This document shows, in pieces, positions 28,330-43,095 of a DNA stretch of 64,000 nucleotides (positions within the stretch are counted from its first letter, which is position 1; the number at the start of each line of letters is the position of its first letter). Both the position numbers and the translations under genes were made by a program. The stretch is from Octopus vulgaris. Its lineage: Eukaryota. The stretch is from NCBI GenBank assembly GCA_951406725.2, contig OX597815.1:89404001-89468000 (forward strand), given 5' to 3'. The notes beneath the pieces are model-generated. The model was not told the origin of the DNA and ran no database searches. It was given only the letters and a program-made list of their open reading frames with translations.

Positions 28330-29534
28330 TGATTTCCTCAGGTTGCGTGGGTTACACATCGCTGCTCCTGTATGTGTCTTTGTCTCTGCTGTTGGCCCAT
28401 TTGGTGTATGAGGAAGTTTAACTCCACTGCCCTCATCTGTACCTCATGCCGGGCTGTTTATTCATCCAGTATTGTGAAGTGGAGGATGTATAATTCCGTT
28501 TTAAAGACATCTACGTCCACATCTTAATTTTTGTGCATGGTATTGAAGAGCTGTAGGCCTTTGAAACCTAGACTATTGTGGTACCTCGACTTGAATTTAG
28601 ATGGCGTGGATGGTACGTTTGGTACAATACAATGGCGTCCAGTTCTGGCGTTTGTATAACATTTAACGCTGAAAGTACTAGCTGAAGGTACTAACCCTGC
28701 CTGCTAAAACTTTCCATATGAATATTATTACATATCTGCCGTGCCTTCGTTCCAGGGAGTGAAATCGTAGTTTCATCAGCTTCTCCCTGTAGCTCCTCTG
28801 CTGCACTGTTTTCGAACCATTTAATATAGTGATGTTGGACCGATTTAAGCGCCGCAGTTAATTTGGCACTATGTTGTGGCCATAGCTGAGAGCAATAATC
28901 CAGCTGGCTGAGAACAATGGTCCTTCACAGGGTCAGCATAACTTCTTGGTCTCTTGTCTTGAAGGATGTTAGTATCTCTCCAACCAGTCTGCATCTTGGT
29001 AATGTGCATTATAAACGATACATCATTGCATATGCTGATCATAAAGTCTTTTACTGCCTTTGGCTACCTAATTGCAGTCAGTGCCTTCGGCTCCTCTAAA
29101 TGAAGGCTGCAGTGCATTTGTGAGTTTATAGTGCAGTGCTTGATATTTCCCAGCATTAACCTGCATGTTGTTTACTTCAGCCCACCTGTATATCGTATTC
29201 AGGTCCAACTGCTGGCATGTGACGTCATCTGGATTTTTTTATTGCCTGTAATAATTTCGTATAATCAGCTTAGCTGATATACTCAGTGCCAGTCTGAGTG
29301 AACATGGGCATAAATAAAAGAGTTATTATAAAGGGCAATTGTCCCAAGAGAGTTCTCTGGGGAACGCCACTTAGAATTGACGTATTCTCAGACAGAGCAC
29401 CATTGGTTGCAACTGCCAGAATTCTGTCATTAACAAAGTCATGTAGCCACTCTCTCAGATTACCACCAGTACCAAGATCTTGTAGCTTGTGATATATCAC
29501 ACCACGACCTACCTTATCAAAGGCCTTTGCAAAC

Positions 29535-29537
<3 letters not shown>
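28330..29537 (-). mobile_element. CR1-group LINE RT relic, 5'-truncated at a (CA)n tract
   Basis: FAKAFDKV...HKLQDLG..GNLREWLHDFVNDR...SGVPQRTLLGQLPFII then SYADYTKL and DLNTIYRWAEVNNMQVNAGK. Confidence 0.85.
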
Positions 29538-29629
<92 letters not shown>

Positions 29630-29917
29630 GGTAAACGAAAGATGCAAGGTGGAATATACGGGAATTTTTTTTATTAATAAAGTGACCGTGCTTAACATGT
29701 ATGCTACTAGGTGTAAACCATTCGTTTTATTATCTAATAATGATAATAATAATAATATTGATGATTATATATATATTTTATGTATACATATGTATGTATA
29801 TTAATATATATGTATGTATATATAAATCTAATATATGTGCTCACACATATTTATACATACGTATATTTATATACGTATGTATAAATATGTAGATTCATTC
29901 ACACTCACACACACACA

Positions 29918-29995
<78 letters not shown>

Positions 29996-30329
29996 CATAT
30001 GAAGTATAGTACTCTACCCCCGATATTCGAGTACTATTTATTTCCACCTTGTTTCAGATTTATGTGGTTATATATACATATATACATAAGAAGAACTCTA
30101 ATTTTGTCATCCCTTAAACTTGATCTGCCTCTAAACTTGGACATTTTCATAAGTAAAATTTTATTTGTATATTTAATGCAGAGTTGCAGGGAGGCAATTT
30201 AAAATAGCCTTAGCCAGGTATTGTACTGAAATACTAAGCTAGGTATTGTGTAATTGATGTAGGTTAGCTATGACTGTATATTCTATTTCTTTTCAGATTA
30301 CTTTATTGTGTTGAAAATAGAGCAAAGAA

Positions 30330-31780
30330 ATCCCCATCATAGTGGTATATAATCGTAAAAGAAAACAGGTTACATAAATTACTCGAAAAACGTCAAATTC
30401 TAGAAAAATTAGATGCTGGAATTGTAAATAGTGACATATTGAAAGATTATAAAATTGGAAGGATCACACACATCTACATAAAAAAGAACATGGTGGAAAT
30501 ATTGAATGCTGCACCCCTCTCTCTGAGAATATAAAAAGACAAACCAAAAGAAGGACTCTTCATGGACCAAAGCAAGTTGAACTCGATAAAATATTACATG
30601 AATAGTTTTTATCGAAGCGAAATAAACGTATAGCACTATCGGGACCGATGATAATTGCTAAAGCAAAGTCTCCTAAGAGAGAGTTGAATATCACAAGGGA
30701 AATGAAATTCAGCCAAGGCTGGCTTAGCAGTATTATGAGTAGACATGCTATAAGGCAATTAACAATTTCAGGTGAACAATTTTCAGCTGATACGTTCTTG
30801 CGAAAGGTTCCAAAAAATAATTGAGGACTATGCTTTAACACCAGGTATTATTTAGAATGCTGATGAAACTGGTATAAATTGGAAGTGCTTACCCACAAAA
30901 ATTTTCGCTGGATCAGACGAGCAGAAAATAAAAAGATTAAAATTAAATAAAGAGAGACTTACAGTGATAGTACGTGCAAATGCTTCTGGAACTTACAAAC
31001 TTAAGTTTCCTGTCATTCGTAAATCTAAGTGTTCTTGAGCATTGGAAAGAGTTTCACCTTTACCAGTATCATATTCTTCAAAAAATGGGTGGATGAATCA
31101 ACACTTGCTCACAGAATGGTTCATACTAGAATTTTGCCAGCTGTACAAAAGCAGTCTCATGAATACGTAAGTCTGATTCAAAGTGGCTGCTGCTATTTGA
31201 CAATTGTAAGTACATCCTCACGAGACAAAATTAGTGTTATCGTGTGAGAATGTTTTGCGTGCTACTTACCACCGAACGTGACATCTCTCATACAACCTAT
31301 GGACCAAGGGATTATTTAGAACTTAAAAAGTTTCTACAGAAAGGATTTCATGATAAATATGGTAAATAGCAATATTAGTATAGGCGATTTCCACCGCAAT
31401 TTTACCATCAAATATGCCATTTTTACCCTCGCAAGTGCATGGGATCAGGTTCCAGCAGGCACATTAACAAAAGAGTGCTCCCGAAGCGAAAGAAGAAGAA
31501 AATGAATCTGGAGTACAAAATATTCTTGAAACTACACAATTTCCAACCAAACACACTGTTCTTCAATCACTTGATACAAATAGAATTGAAATGTGGGTGC
31601 GACAAGATCAAGAAACCGCTGAACAATGTACTGAAGAAAATAATGGTGATGAAATTAGCGATAGCGTCAGCTCCCATTCGAGTAAATGGCAAGAAAACTT
31701 TAATGAGGAAACATGGTATAATGCAGAAAAGTCTATGGAGATAGTGATAAAATTTCTAGAAAGAAATCCTTTCTATGTCT
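30330..31780 (+). mobile_element. Tigger/pogo (CENP-B/Jerky-like) DNA transposase relic
   Basis: ILEKLDAG, GPMIIAKAK..FSQGWL..RHAIRQLTISGE, NADETGINWKCLP..KERLTVIVRANASG and LPPNVTSLIQPMDQGII; multiple stops and frameshifts. Confidence 0.92.
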
Positions 31781-31799
31781 AGGTACTGGGATATCGTAT

Positions 31800-32230
31800 T
31801 TGTTGTCGGTGAATGGTCAGTTTATTTCTTAGAGTAAGCTTTGTTTGACCTAAGTTATCTTCATTACATCTTCACTTTTAATAGCGTATATTAAATTCCT
31901 TGAAAATCTTGTAAAGTGATTGTTTTTACGGTAAAAGTCTGTCTTGATTTGAATTTGTATGTTGTGTCTTCAATACTGTTGATGCAGGTCCCGCAATTGG
32001 GGCGGCCACATTGTTTTGACTGTTGTTGTAGGAATTGTGGAAGCTAATTTAGCGCGTGGGAGGAATTTTTAGAAGGACTTCGATTGTCTTTTACTTTTGA
32101 TTATTTTGAGTATTTCGAATGCTTGTTTCATTTTTACGTTTTTTTAGTAGTAGGATGTTCTGATGGATAATATTGTAAACCTCTATAGCGACGTTATGCC
32201 TCCATTCTTTTTGTGTCTCATGAATTATCT
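31800..32230 (-). mobile_element. Penelope-like element linker (Cys finger) relic
   Basis: Minus fragments KIIKSKRQSKS..LPRAKL and CGRPNCGTC...YKFKSRQTFTVK. Confidence 0.65.
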
Positions 32231-33148
32231 TACTATATTTGTATAAACCGAAATGTTATTCTTCACATGATCAGTAATTCTGATTGGAGCAGTTCAGTCG
32301 ATTACATCGATGCTAGTATTTGACCAGCTTATTATGTTATCGACTACCAAATTAGGAAAGGCAAAGTTGCACTTCATTTAGTTTGAACAAATCTAAAGAA
32401 GCTGATAGCAACGTATATTTTTCGACGTTTTAACGAACATGACACTTGAGGTGAAAAGCGCATGTCCATGTCTTATGTGAATTTTCCTTTCGATCCTTGT
32501 CATACTTCAGTTTAATTTTTAAAACTTATCATTTAATATAACACCATTCGAATATATTATATTTTTCGTCCTATAGCAGAAATATTTTATGCGTCGTCTC
32601 TTTCTTTTTCACGTTCTCTCTTTTTCTTCCTCTCCCACCTCTCTCTCTCCCCTTTCCTCTCTCACCATCTTACCTCTCTGACCTTTTTGTCCCTCTACTC
32701 TCCACCACTGGTTTTCACTTCCACTACCATTTGACCTACGTCTATTCCCTTTTTAACTTACCTTTTTCGATTGACCAATGACTTGTCTTATCCTGCCCCT
32801 CTTGGCTTCTCTAAACTCTGGCGATCTCTAATTTCAACATCAGGTTTATTTTTTTCAACATCATTGTTTTCATCTTTCGCTCTATCCTTCATCTTTCTAG
32901 CCCTATAGAATATTTCCTATTGCATTAATTAAACACGTCATGTCTTGTCCCAGAGACCCACGACCTTATTTTTTGTATAACGTATAATTTACTTTGCTTG
33001 TATATTTACATTTATACCTGTATCATATTCGTATTAGTTTTCGTCACTGTCAACAACGTTTGTTCAGTATCCTAGCACCTATTTGCTATTGACGTCACCA
33101 AATGTGAAGAATATCGTTAAAGGCGTGAAGTTGTAATGATTCTGTAAA

Positions 33149-33203
33149 CGACAACTGACGAGGAAAAAGTATATGTATGTCTTGTTTGAGAATTATTCGG
33201 TCG
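33149..33203 (+). ncRNA. Degenerate hammerhead-like motif in a PLE-like 3' tail
   Basis: CGACAA-CUGACGA-G...UC-GGUCG; core intact, outer stem partly pairs, GAAA box decayed. Confidence 0.3.
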
Positions 33204-34260
33204 TTCCTTGTGTTTCGGTTTTATTTTTGAAAAAATATATATGTAGCTTGACTGAAGTGGTGTAGAAATTTTATGCATTAAGAAAAAGTAGGTGATCAAA
33301 ATTTTAGAATATTAACAACTTGGCGCTTTTATCACACATTCACATATATATTATACATACATATATATATGCACACACACACATACACACACACAGGCGC
33401 GCGCACGTATATATAGAAACAGATGGCTGTGTATCTGTGTGTTGATTGTGTACATGTGTGAGAGTTTGTGTGTAAATGTGTAATTATTTTATAGCCATTT
33501 AAATACGCGCATAATGCATATTCTACAATGTCAACAATCTATAGTTACAACAAACATGTCATCAGTTATGATCACTGAGATTAATACATTCAATAGAGAG
33601 AATACTTAAACTGACAATTTATGAAGCATAAAACTTTCATCATAATAATAATATCATAATTATCCAAATAATCGTCAGAAATCTAATTTCCTGTGATTTG
33701 ACGAAAATGAGGTGATGAATCGTCCAAGATTATTATTAACAAGACACCTTTGATGTCTCATTTCTCTCTCTTGTTCCTCTCCTTCTCCCCCCTCTCTTTA
33801 CGCATAACCATGTATAACATGTATGCAATATACACATGGACTGATAAAAAATATATATGTATATATAATACAATAGATATAATATCAAATATACAAATAA
33901 CATGCAGTTCAATGCAGAGAAATCTCAAGCACTCTACTATCGACCCGCAGATAGACTATAATTAAAATATACAGGACCAATGGGCTGTGCAATCCCAGAG
34001 TAAGACACCAGATGACTAATGATGCAACATTCCATGTGCGTATTACCAAGATGGCAACAGTGTGCGGGCAAGTAGCTAGATGAATTCTAAGATCATTCAG
34101 AACTAGCTGTCCACTTTCTCAAACTGAAATATTATCGTATTTCTCCTCGTGAATGATTTACTGTAACCACCTATTACATATCGTATGGAGATCGCCCGCA
34201 TAAAAATTCATTTCTCTCTTAAACAGCATTTGTTATGTAATAAATACATCCAACGCCATG

Positions 34261-34686
34261 CTCTTTTACTCTTTTACTCTTTTACTTGTTTCAGTCATTT
34301 GACTGCGGCCATGCTGAAGCACCGCCTTTAGTCGAGCAAATCGACCCCGGGACTTATTCTTTGTAAGCCCAGTACTTATTCTATCGGTCTCTTTTGCCGA
34401 ACCGCTAAGTGACGGGGACGTAAACACACCAGCATCAGTTGTCAAGCAATGCTAGGGGGGCAAACACACACAGATACACAAACACACACACATACACATA
34501 TATACATATATATACATATATACGACAGGCTTCTTTCAGTTTCCGTCTACCAAATCCACTCACAAGGCATTAGTCGGCCCGGGGCTATAGCAGAAGACAC
34601 TTTGCCCAAGATGCCACGCAGTGGGACTGAACCCTGAACCATGTGGTTGGTTAGCAAGCTACTTACCACACAGCCACTCCTGCGCC
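34261..34686 (-). mobile_element. Full-length tRNA-derived SINE (best copy in window)
   Basis: Minus: GGCGCAGGAGTGGCTGTGTGG A-box-like, GGTTCAGTCCC B-box-like, internal (TA)/(TG) tract, 3' tail ending in (AGTAAAAG)n. Confidence 0.92.
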
Positions 34687-35885
34687 TATTGGTCTTTTGA
34701 AACAAAATGCCTATATTCTTAGAATATCTCATGTCAGCTCAAAGCAGATCTTCCTGTCTTGTTCAGTTTTATTAACTACTAGATTTAGATAAATTATTAT
34801 TGCAAGATTAACATGCTGATGATAAATTACAAAGCACAATACAATATTCCTGTTATTAGCATTTGATTGATTAAGAAGCACAAAGGGCCAGAGAAAAACA
34901 TTATGGAATACATTTAAAGTATAATTATAAACACCTATCATCAAATCTATATATAGATTGAAATATATGCTTGGCTACCTCTAATTTGAAATCTTGTATC
35001 TATTAAACGCGGATACATAATGAAATATATGAATTAAGGCACAAATCTAAATACGAAACTGAATTTATAGAGACATTTAAAAGCATTCAGAAGGATTAGA
35101 ATTACTGTCCAGTTATTTTCTGAAGTCATTGTATTGTTGTATGGCCCCGCAACGACCTAATACAGAAAGCATATTTTCAAAAGTATTCCAGTCATGAGTA
35201 GCCTGTCTTTATGTATATCTCGAGCCACATTCTAATATTTAAGATTGTAAAACTGAATTTAAGGAAAATGTGTCTGAGATTTCCAGCAATTAAAGTGACT
35301 TCATAGACACTCTCTTGTAACCGTTTTCCTTAATAGAAATACAACTGTTAATCCTTATTGTAAAATAGTATAGATATTATTAGAATAATCTTACCAATAT
35401 ACATTTGAATATGTCTGAGATAAAACATAATATACAGTAATAATTGAGAATGATGTAAACATACCAATACTACATAGAATTAATGCAACAACATATATAA
35501 GGCGGTGATATGGCAGAAACGTTAGCGCACCGCGCGCATTGCATATCATTGTTTCGCCTATCTTCACGTTTAAATGGCGGTGCCCCAGCATGACCACAGC
35601 TCGTGAGATGAAACTAGATGGAATAAAGAAATATACATGTGTGTGTGTGTGTGTGTATGTGTGTGTGTGTGTGTGTGTATGTGCGTGTGTGTGTGCATGT
35701 ATACACACACACGTACACACATATATTTTTGATACTTTTTCATTCTATTGCGTGTTGGTATCTTTCTTTTGCATCTGCTATTTTGTTGTTGATCTTTTAT
35801 ATTTATGAAGCTATATTCTTTAACCTGATGCTTTTCTTTACACGTTGCAGAACTGTTATTTTAACGAGTTATATCTATTTATTAC

Positions 35886-35981
35886 CCGAAGAGACACACC
35901 TGCACCGTAGGATACCCGTAAACTAGTTGTGAAGTATCCCACCCGTGAGGGATCGATGCTAAATATGTCGAAACAATTGTA
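35886..35981 (+). ncRNA. Hammerhead-like motif with long stem II, followed by AATAAA
   Basis: CCGAAGA-GACA...UGUC-GAAA-C-AAUU-G-UA; palindromic stem III loop; stem I poorly paired. Confidence 0.45.
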
Positions 35982-36149
35982 ATGTTTAATAAAAATTATC
36001 TTATCTTACGTCTCTCGTTTACCATACATACATAGATTACATATATATACATGTGTCTGCGCCTGTGTATGTATGTATATATATATATATATATCATATC
36101 ATATGTAGGCGACTACATTTATATATAGAGATCAATGCTACATAGTCTG

Positions 36150-37420
36150 ACTTCAATGTCCAAATGTTCTATAAATTTATCTTTCCTACATAGCAGGAAA
36201 CTTGAGTAGTCACAGCAGCAAAAATATTTCATATGGTCCAAGTCCCACAGTTTACTGACCACATCTGTACAATAGGAATCGATTAAAAAGTTATCCTACC
36301 AACATAACCCATTCGTCTCGATGTTTCCTCTTTGGAACGCTTATGGCATTGAGCTATATTTCAGCATGTTTGACATAATCGCATTTTCGCCGCTCTTCAG
36401 CAAATATTTGCCATACCTTTCAAAGCTGCTCACCGTTGTGAAGCAAAATGCGTTCTCAGCACACTCTAGAAACTTGTTGCCGTATTTTGAGTATTTTCAG
36501 TATTTTGAGCCTAAATGAAATCTCATTGCTTTTGGGAAAACTGTTCTTGTGACTGTCTATGCTGTGCACTATCTCCTTCTAATGTATGCACGCTGTTTAT
36601 GAGTAAGTTGTTCTTGTCTATATTGGGCAGTAACGTATTCTCGCTGCTTTTGCTTGTCTCGTTATTATCTGAATTTCTTTTCTGTTTCGTTCGAACTCTG
36701 TTTCTTTGCTTGCTTCTGTATACTTGCTGCATCTGGGCAAAAAATACTTTGTTGCTCATTCATATTTTTATTTTTGGAGTACAATTTTATTGAACAAATT
36801 GGAATTGATAGGATTAGAAAAAGAAAAGGAAGTCCATGAATACACCTTGCCTCACATGCTATGAATGCACGTAACATTGGTACAGTTGCTTTTCTTTATA
36901 TTTCATTTCTTTTTATTTCATATCCAGTAAACAAGAGTTTAAAAAACAAGTACTCTGCAAACATTTCAGAAACTGGAATTGACTCTTTTGTAATAACACT
37001 ATTCTAAAATTTGCAACATTTTTAATTGCAATTAATAAATAGTACATGCTTAATGAAGAATTCTGGGACATCATACATGGGATAAAAACATATTTTCTTG
37101 CTAATTTATTTAATATAATGAACATTTGGTTTTTAAATGACGCCATAACTTGTGCTCTCACAATTCTGTAAATGGGGAGAATATGGCCTGTATTGGTAAT
37201 CATTGCCAAATGGAATTGAATAAATAACAAGCAAGCTGTGGTGCACACATCGCTTATGATACCTATGTATATGTAATGTGAATTCGGTGAGCTTGTATTT
37301 CTCATTTTAGGTTGTAAGCATTTATCAGGTTTTGAAATATCATATGAATTATACGGATCGTATATGAATAGTCGAAGAGATATAGCTATAGGTGGATAAG
37401 ACTCTGATTCTTTGGAATTA
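36150..37420 (-). pseudogene. Decayed intronless class-A (peptide-receptor-like) GPCR
   Basis: Ordered motifs: TM1 YPPIAISLRLF; TM2 QPKMRNTSS..YIYIGIISD; TM3/ICL2 LAMI..AIFSPF; TM5 C..M*GKVYSWTSFSFSNPI..LFNKIV; TM6 ITF*SIP; TM7 VVSKLWDLDH..FLLCRKDKFIEHL; many stops and frameshifts. Confidence 0.5.
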
Positions 37421-39008
37421 GAAGAAAAAAGAAATATTTTGACATCCACATATTCTAATATTAATATAGGGGAAGATATGAGCAAGAGAGCAAGCGGTAT
37501 TGAGTTTTAAAGATAGAATTACTGACTTTGATATCCACACCATTATAGTTAACTAACATGGCAAATAGCTTAAAGTTGTTCTGACCATATAATCACTTAA
37601 TTCAAAATTACATTGTGCATTGACAAAATAAATCGATATTTGTATAAATTTAAGTTTTTGTAAGTGGCATTAGACATACTCAAATACTAGGCACTTTCGT
37701 TCCCCATTTATCGTTTCAATACACCATCACGAAGTATCATGAAGAAAATTTATTATAACTGATAAAAACACTGGACAAAGAGGGTCGTGAAAAATCCATA
37801 GCCTCTTTTTTAATGCTTTTATATGCAGAGATTCTCTTTAAGCAATTAATAGCTTCAATTTTCTGAACACATTTCAAAGAATACTGACAGACTTAAAGTT
37901 GAAATAGCATTCTAATTAATATGTATTATGTTGATGGGAATGCATTAAGTTATTCAAATTCTCTCAAATATACTTCAAATCTACACAACAATCTTTTTAC
38001 AAAGGAGCTAAATATTTATGCGATTAAAATATTAAATAACTTGTATATAAATCATAAGTACAACTATTATATAATTGTCAGTACTTGGAGGAAAATAATC
38101 ATTGTCTCAGCACCAATCGGTGCTGTTTCATTCGGAAATAAATTGACAAAATTGTTTACGAAATTTAGTAATACTTCATTCAATTATTTCTGCCAAAATT
38201 ATTCTTTAAGAGTGATGCTTATAAGTACCAGTGGGGTTAAACGGACTGTTTCTAATTCTAAATTTAGCATTATTTGGCACCAGTATTTCCCCTAGAGCTA
38301 TGTAGAATAGAGTGCAGACATTTTTTCAATTTAAATCAATTATCAGAAACAAGCGTAAACTAATATTGAATAAAGGTTTGTAAAGCAGTGAATGTAGTTA
38401 AATACATACATTTTCGTTTACATTGACCCTTTTATTGAAATCCTTTTACAATTAACAGTATTATCTGCTGCATTTATTTAGTCGACTATGCCATACCCTC
38501 ATACATATCACAAATCAGAATGAATAATTATTAATAATTGAATTTAGTGATGCGTTCAACTTGTCGGAAAGGTAACAGATACTTTATAAGATATTTCCAA
38601 CAATATGATTTGAACGAAAATAAATGTGCTCAGTAACGAATAAACTAATCCTTTATCAGCTTTCAGCCACATGGTAACTGAATAACGCAAGTGTTATATC
38701 GTAACAAGTATTGTACATTTAAATGTAATTCAAATAAAATTTAAAGGTATGTGAAAAGGAAGAAAATAAGAACATGTAATTCAATTAGAAGTTACATTTC
38801 TTGGCAAATACATCTTGAGTTATAAATATAAAAGATATTGGAAGTATAGAAAGTCAGGTGGAATTGTTCATATAGAAAATCTACTGCGATATTAAGTATA
38901 TTAGTTTTCAACGAGAGCTTCAGGAATAAACACCAATTAAGTCTTTCTCTTACTCAAATATACGTACATAACATATATACATAGCTTCTCCACTTGCACA
39001 TACATACA

Positions 39009-39070
<62 letters not shown>

Positions 39071-39075
39071 TATAT

Positions 39076-39125
<50 letters not shown>

Positions 39126-39699
39126 GTGTGTGTGTGTGTATGTGTGCGTGTGTGTATGTATATCTATCTTTCTCTCTCTCTATATATATATGTGTGTATG
39201 TGTGTATATATAAATATGCGACAAATTTAAAAATCATTAACTCAGAAAAATGAATAATGTATTTTCTAAGTTTACAGCTGAAGTAGTTCTCCTTTAAAAT
39301 TTTGACATATATTAAATTTTCATTGAGTTATCGACTCGATGAGAATATAATAAAATCTAGACAATACAATCTGAAATGTTTTTCTTAAGAATCTGGAAGC
39401 GTTTACTTCATTAAAACTACACTCTACATTTTTTTAAAAATATTATCTCATATATCCATACGAATGGTGAGATTTTATACGCTCATAGACAATATTTATG
39501 AAAAAGATCACAACGCCTGTGAAGCAAATGTTTAAGAAAATTCGTGCGTGCTTGCGTGTATGCGTGTATATTTGTGTGTGCGTATCTGTGTATGTTGGCG
39601 TGTGTACATACGTACAAATAGTAAGACTACAAATAAATGTGAAATATATACGCAATAATACTTATATTTTACTGGAAATTACTTCTAACAAATTGACAA

Positions 39700-42070
39700 T
39701 TAATACAACAATAGGACAAGTTTCATCAAAACCATTTGGGAATTTCAAAAGAGAAATTACATAGAACTCTGAGAGTCTGCCCTGCTCTAAAAGGGACAAA
39801 ATATTCAACACAAAATTTTCATGAATTATGATTATACTTCTGCAGAAAACGAAAAAGATTAAAAGAGTGTTCTTAAAAACAATGCTTGAAGAAATAAAGT
39901 AATAAAGGGTAAAATAGCAATGAATGAATGATAATTTGTAGTTGGTTACTTGGTTAGTAGCCTTAAAAAGAGAAAGAACAAAAAAATCTTCGACAGAACA
40001 ATGATTTCCAAAATATTTGCTCAATAGTGGAAAATATGAGATGAAGAGAGGAGCGTGAGAGAGTAAGAGAATGGTTGAGATATAACTGCAGGAAATGGGA
40101 TGTAAAATTTTAGTAAATCATTTTTGAACTCAATCTCTAAGAGAAAGAATATTGCCAGTGGTACCAGACAATATTCTAAATAAGTGTATTATAAAATTGA
40201 AGAATACCTCGCAAGATAACATGATAAGGGGGTCTACAGGAAAAATCAATTGTCATTGAAACAGATCTGATATAATCATTCCAAATAAATTCATAAGAAA
40301 AAGTTAAACGTAGAAGACTGTGACTCAGAGCAAACTGTATTAGACAGAAAAAGGAATATTACTAAAGTTCTTGATAGATTAACACAAAGAATTGTAGATT
40401 TTGCAGATATAAAAGTAATCAACCCTTGGCAATTCTAATCAGTCAGTAAACAAGTATTCAGCTCAAGATAATCGATGTGGATCGAGAGAAAGTATAAGTC
40501 TTCTTATTGAATAAATGATACTAAGGCATGACATCAGGGTAGACAGGAAGGTCAGGCATGATATCATCTGAAAATTCCTTAATGAAAGTTAAAATTGGAT
40601 TGCAATAAAAAAACAACAACCCAAATCCCATGAGAAGCAGTACGTAGAATAATAATAACCATTTAAATCAATATTAAATAGTATCTTTATGCATATAAAA
40701 TTTAGAAATCTCAGGGAGGCTTCCAAAAATCTCATATAACTTACGTTTGCGAGAGACCAGCTTACCACATTTTGTGGAATGAAAAGACAATAATACGCAC
40801 CTTACCAGAATTATCTAAAGTATGCTGAAATTGTTTATTTATTACAAAAGATCAGCAGCAGAGTGTGAAGTTCAGAAATATAAGGGTTTACGAAAAACAA
40901 ACGAAATGAATCGTAATATAAGAAACTACACTGGGAAAAATGCTGACTGGGGTGTGGATATGAGGAGCAGAACATTCACCAGCCTTAGTTTTGAAGGTAA
41001 AAATAACAGAAGCCGACTTTCAGAGAGATGGATACGAAGACTCAGCTAAGTATTTGTTGAAGAGTATCCACAAAAAAAAAAATACAAAGTTCAGAAGAAA
41101 TATTTTGCAAACAATAGCAAAAGTAACGTTAGAAACAGAAGCCATGTAAGCGTCTAGATTCAAAATAAACTGCACTTCATATTCCAGAGTTTTATGTAGG
41201 CCACAAAGAAAACATCACATCAAAACGGAAATTCTGGGAAAACATACATGAACTGAGGGTACAAAGCTGCAATGAATTCTACATTAGATTATGTATTATT
41301 AGTTCATAGTCATTGATGTACAGGTGGATATGACGTTTACTATTTTCAATAAGCTATTGAAATAATTACAAACCCCTATAAACCCAGCGTTTGTGAAGCA
41401 ATACTGGATTTGGCTTGCTCCAAATATGAGATAAAGCAGAATCTTTTTGCAGCGCTCCCAAGCCAAAGAAATACGTCGGTTATTCATATATTTATGTGGC
41501 TTTGGTCACTACACAAGTTTCAGAATCGTAGAACTCAACATATACATATATATAACTTTTGTGGTGTTATTACCGAAGCTGCCCCCCATATCATAAGCAG
41601 TTGTTCGAAAATGTCATCACAGTATTATCTACCGGTGAAACATGATGTTGTAACTAGGACACTGTATAACGAGATCCACCGAAGACAAAGAAATAAGAAA
41701 TAAGTCATATCCACTCATAATAAAAAAAGTATTGGTAGAATGTCTCAGTGAAAACCATAATAATATGTAAACACAATAGACTTGATATAATGATTTGGGA
41801 TAGAGGCGAGAAACTGTGTACGGTTGTGAAGATCAGCTGCCCAGCAGATGTTAACATAAGGTGAAAAAGAGGATACCTATGCTGAACTACTGAGAGATCT
41901 TCATCTACTCTATCCGGATTACAAGTTCCGGGCTATACCTATAATTATTGGGGCACTGGAATATGTAAGACACTGCCTAAGAGAAAGACAGAGACAACTC
42001 ATTTGTAGACTACAGATCCAAGCCATCACTGGAACTGTGAAATCTCTAAACTTTCTAGATGTTTGTCATT
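39700..42070 (+). mobile_element. Dong/R4-type LINE relic
   Basis: Zn knuckle FCGVITEAAPHIISSCSKMSSQYYLPVKHDVV; REL region HNRLDIMIWDRGEKLCTVVKISCPADVN and IPIIIGAL; 5' limit approximate. Confidence 0.75.
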
Positions 42071-42719
42071 TAAGTATATATGAGCATGTCTAGATATGCA
42101 AGTATATGCATGAGAAGACATATATAAAAAAAAACATGCAAATCTACACATATACATACACATATGTATAATTACATTCATATGTAAATATGTACTTATA
42201 TGCGTAAATATATCTGTGTGTGTTTCTATACACACACACAAACACGCACACACAAACACATACATGCATATATATATATTATATAGATACAGAGAGGAAG
42301 GGAGTGTGTGAAATAGTGAGAAAGAGGGAGAGAATCCCGTTTCTTACCCACAAGGATAAATTTTGTATATACATAATTTTGGTGAAAACAAACTGTGATA
42401 AAACTAATTTAGTCTGTCCTGTTTCCATTTTAATGCAAGCGCTGAAAATATTTATTTACGTATTAATATTGTAGTATGTTTTAAATCTTTGTGTTTTTTG
42501 TAGCAAGTATACAATTTTAGCATTGCTCTGAAAAGTTTATAAATTGGATAGAGTAACATTTATGTTGCCAATGACAGCCAACATGATTAGGCTGACAAAT
42601 GTCAAGTTTCCTAAAGCATCATAAAATATTGCTCATATCTGTGCCAATGTGTATACAGCATAGTAACCTATACGCTAGCTAAGCTATAACTGTTCTAGTC
42701 ATAGATATAAATTTCTTGT

Positions 42720-43095
42720 GAGTGCCTCGTTTACGTTTGACAGTGCGAGAAAATGTGTGCGCTCCAAAAATAACAAAGCTCGCTGTCACTGGCAAACGAA
42801 TAGAGCAGCGTAACATCTACCGTGCTTGACCTAATTGATTGTGTTGACTGCATAACTCGAGAACACATAAGAAACTCTCTGGCTCTGCTCAAACTTTACC
42901 AAGTGTCACATCTAAGATGTGACACATAGAAGGAGACTGGGATGCACAAGTACCTGGATAGTGTTCATTTCAGTTAAGTCGCCTGAAACAATGAAAAAAA
43001 AATTCCTTACTCCAGAACACAATATGAGGCCAAGTCCAGTAACTGAACCCACAAATTTGTGATCAGGAGCCGATCATCTTAACCACAAGCCCAGT
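42720..43095 (-). mobile_element. Degenerate tRNA-derived SINE
   Basis: Minus strand TGTGGTTAAGATGATCGGCTCCTGATCAC...GGGTTCAGTTAC...TGTGTTCTGGAGTAAGG resembles the head of 19915-20180. Confidence 0.5.

Noticed and set aside
30330-31780. Domesticated TIGD/Jerky host gene
   Set aside because: Numerous stops and frameshifts indicate a dead transposon copy.
34600-34686. tRNA genes at A/B-box sites
   Set aside because: No complete cloverleaf; these are SINE heads joined to SINE bodies.
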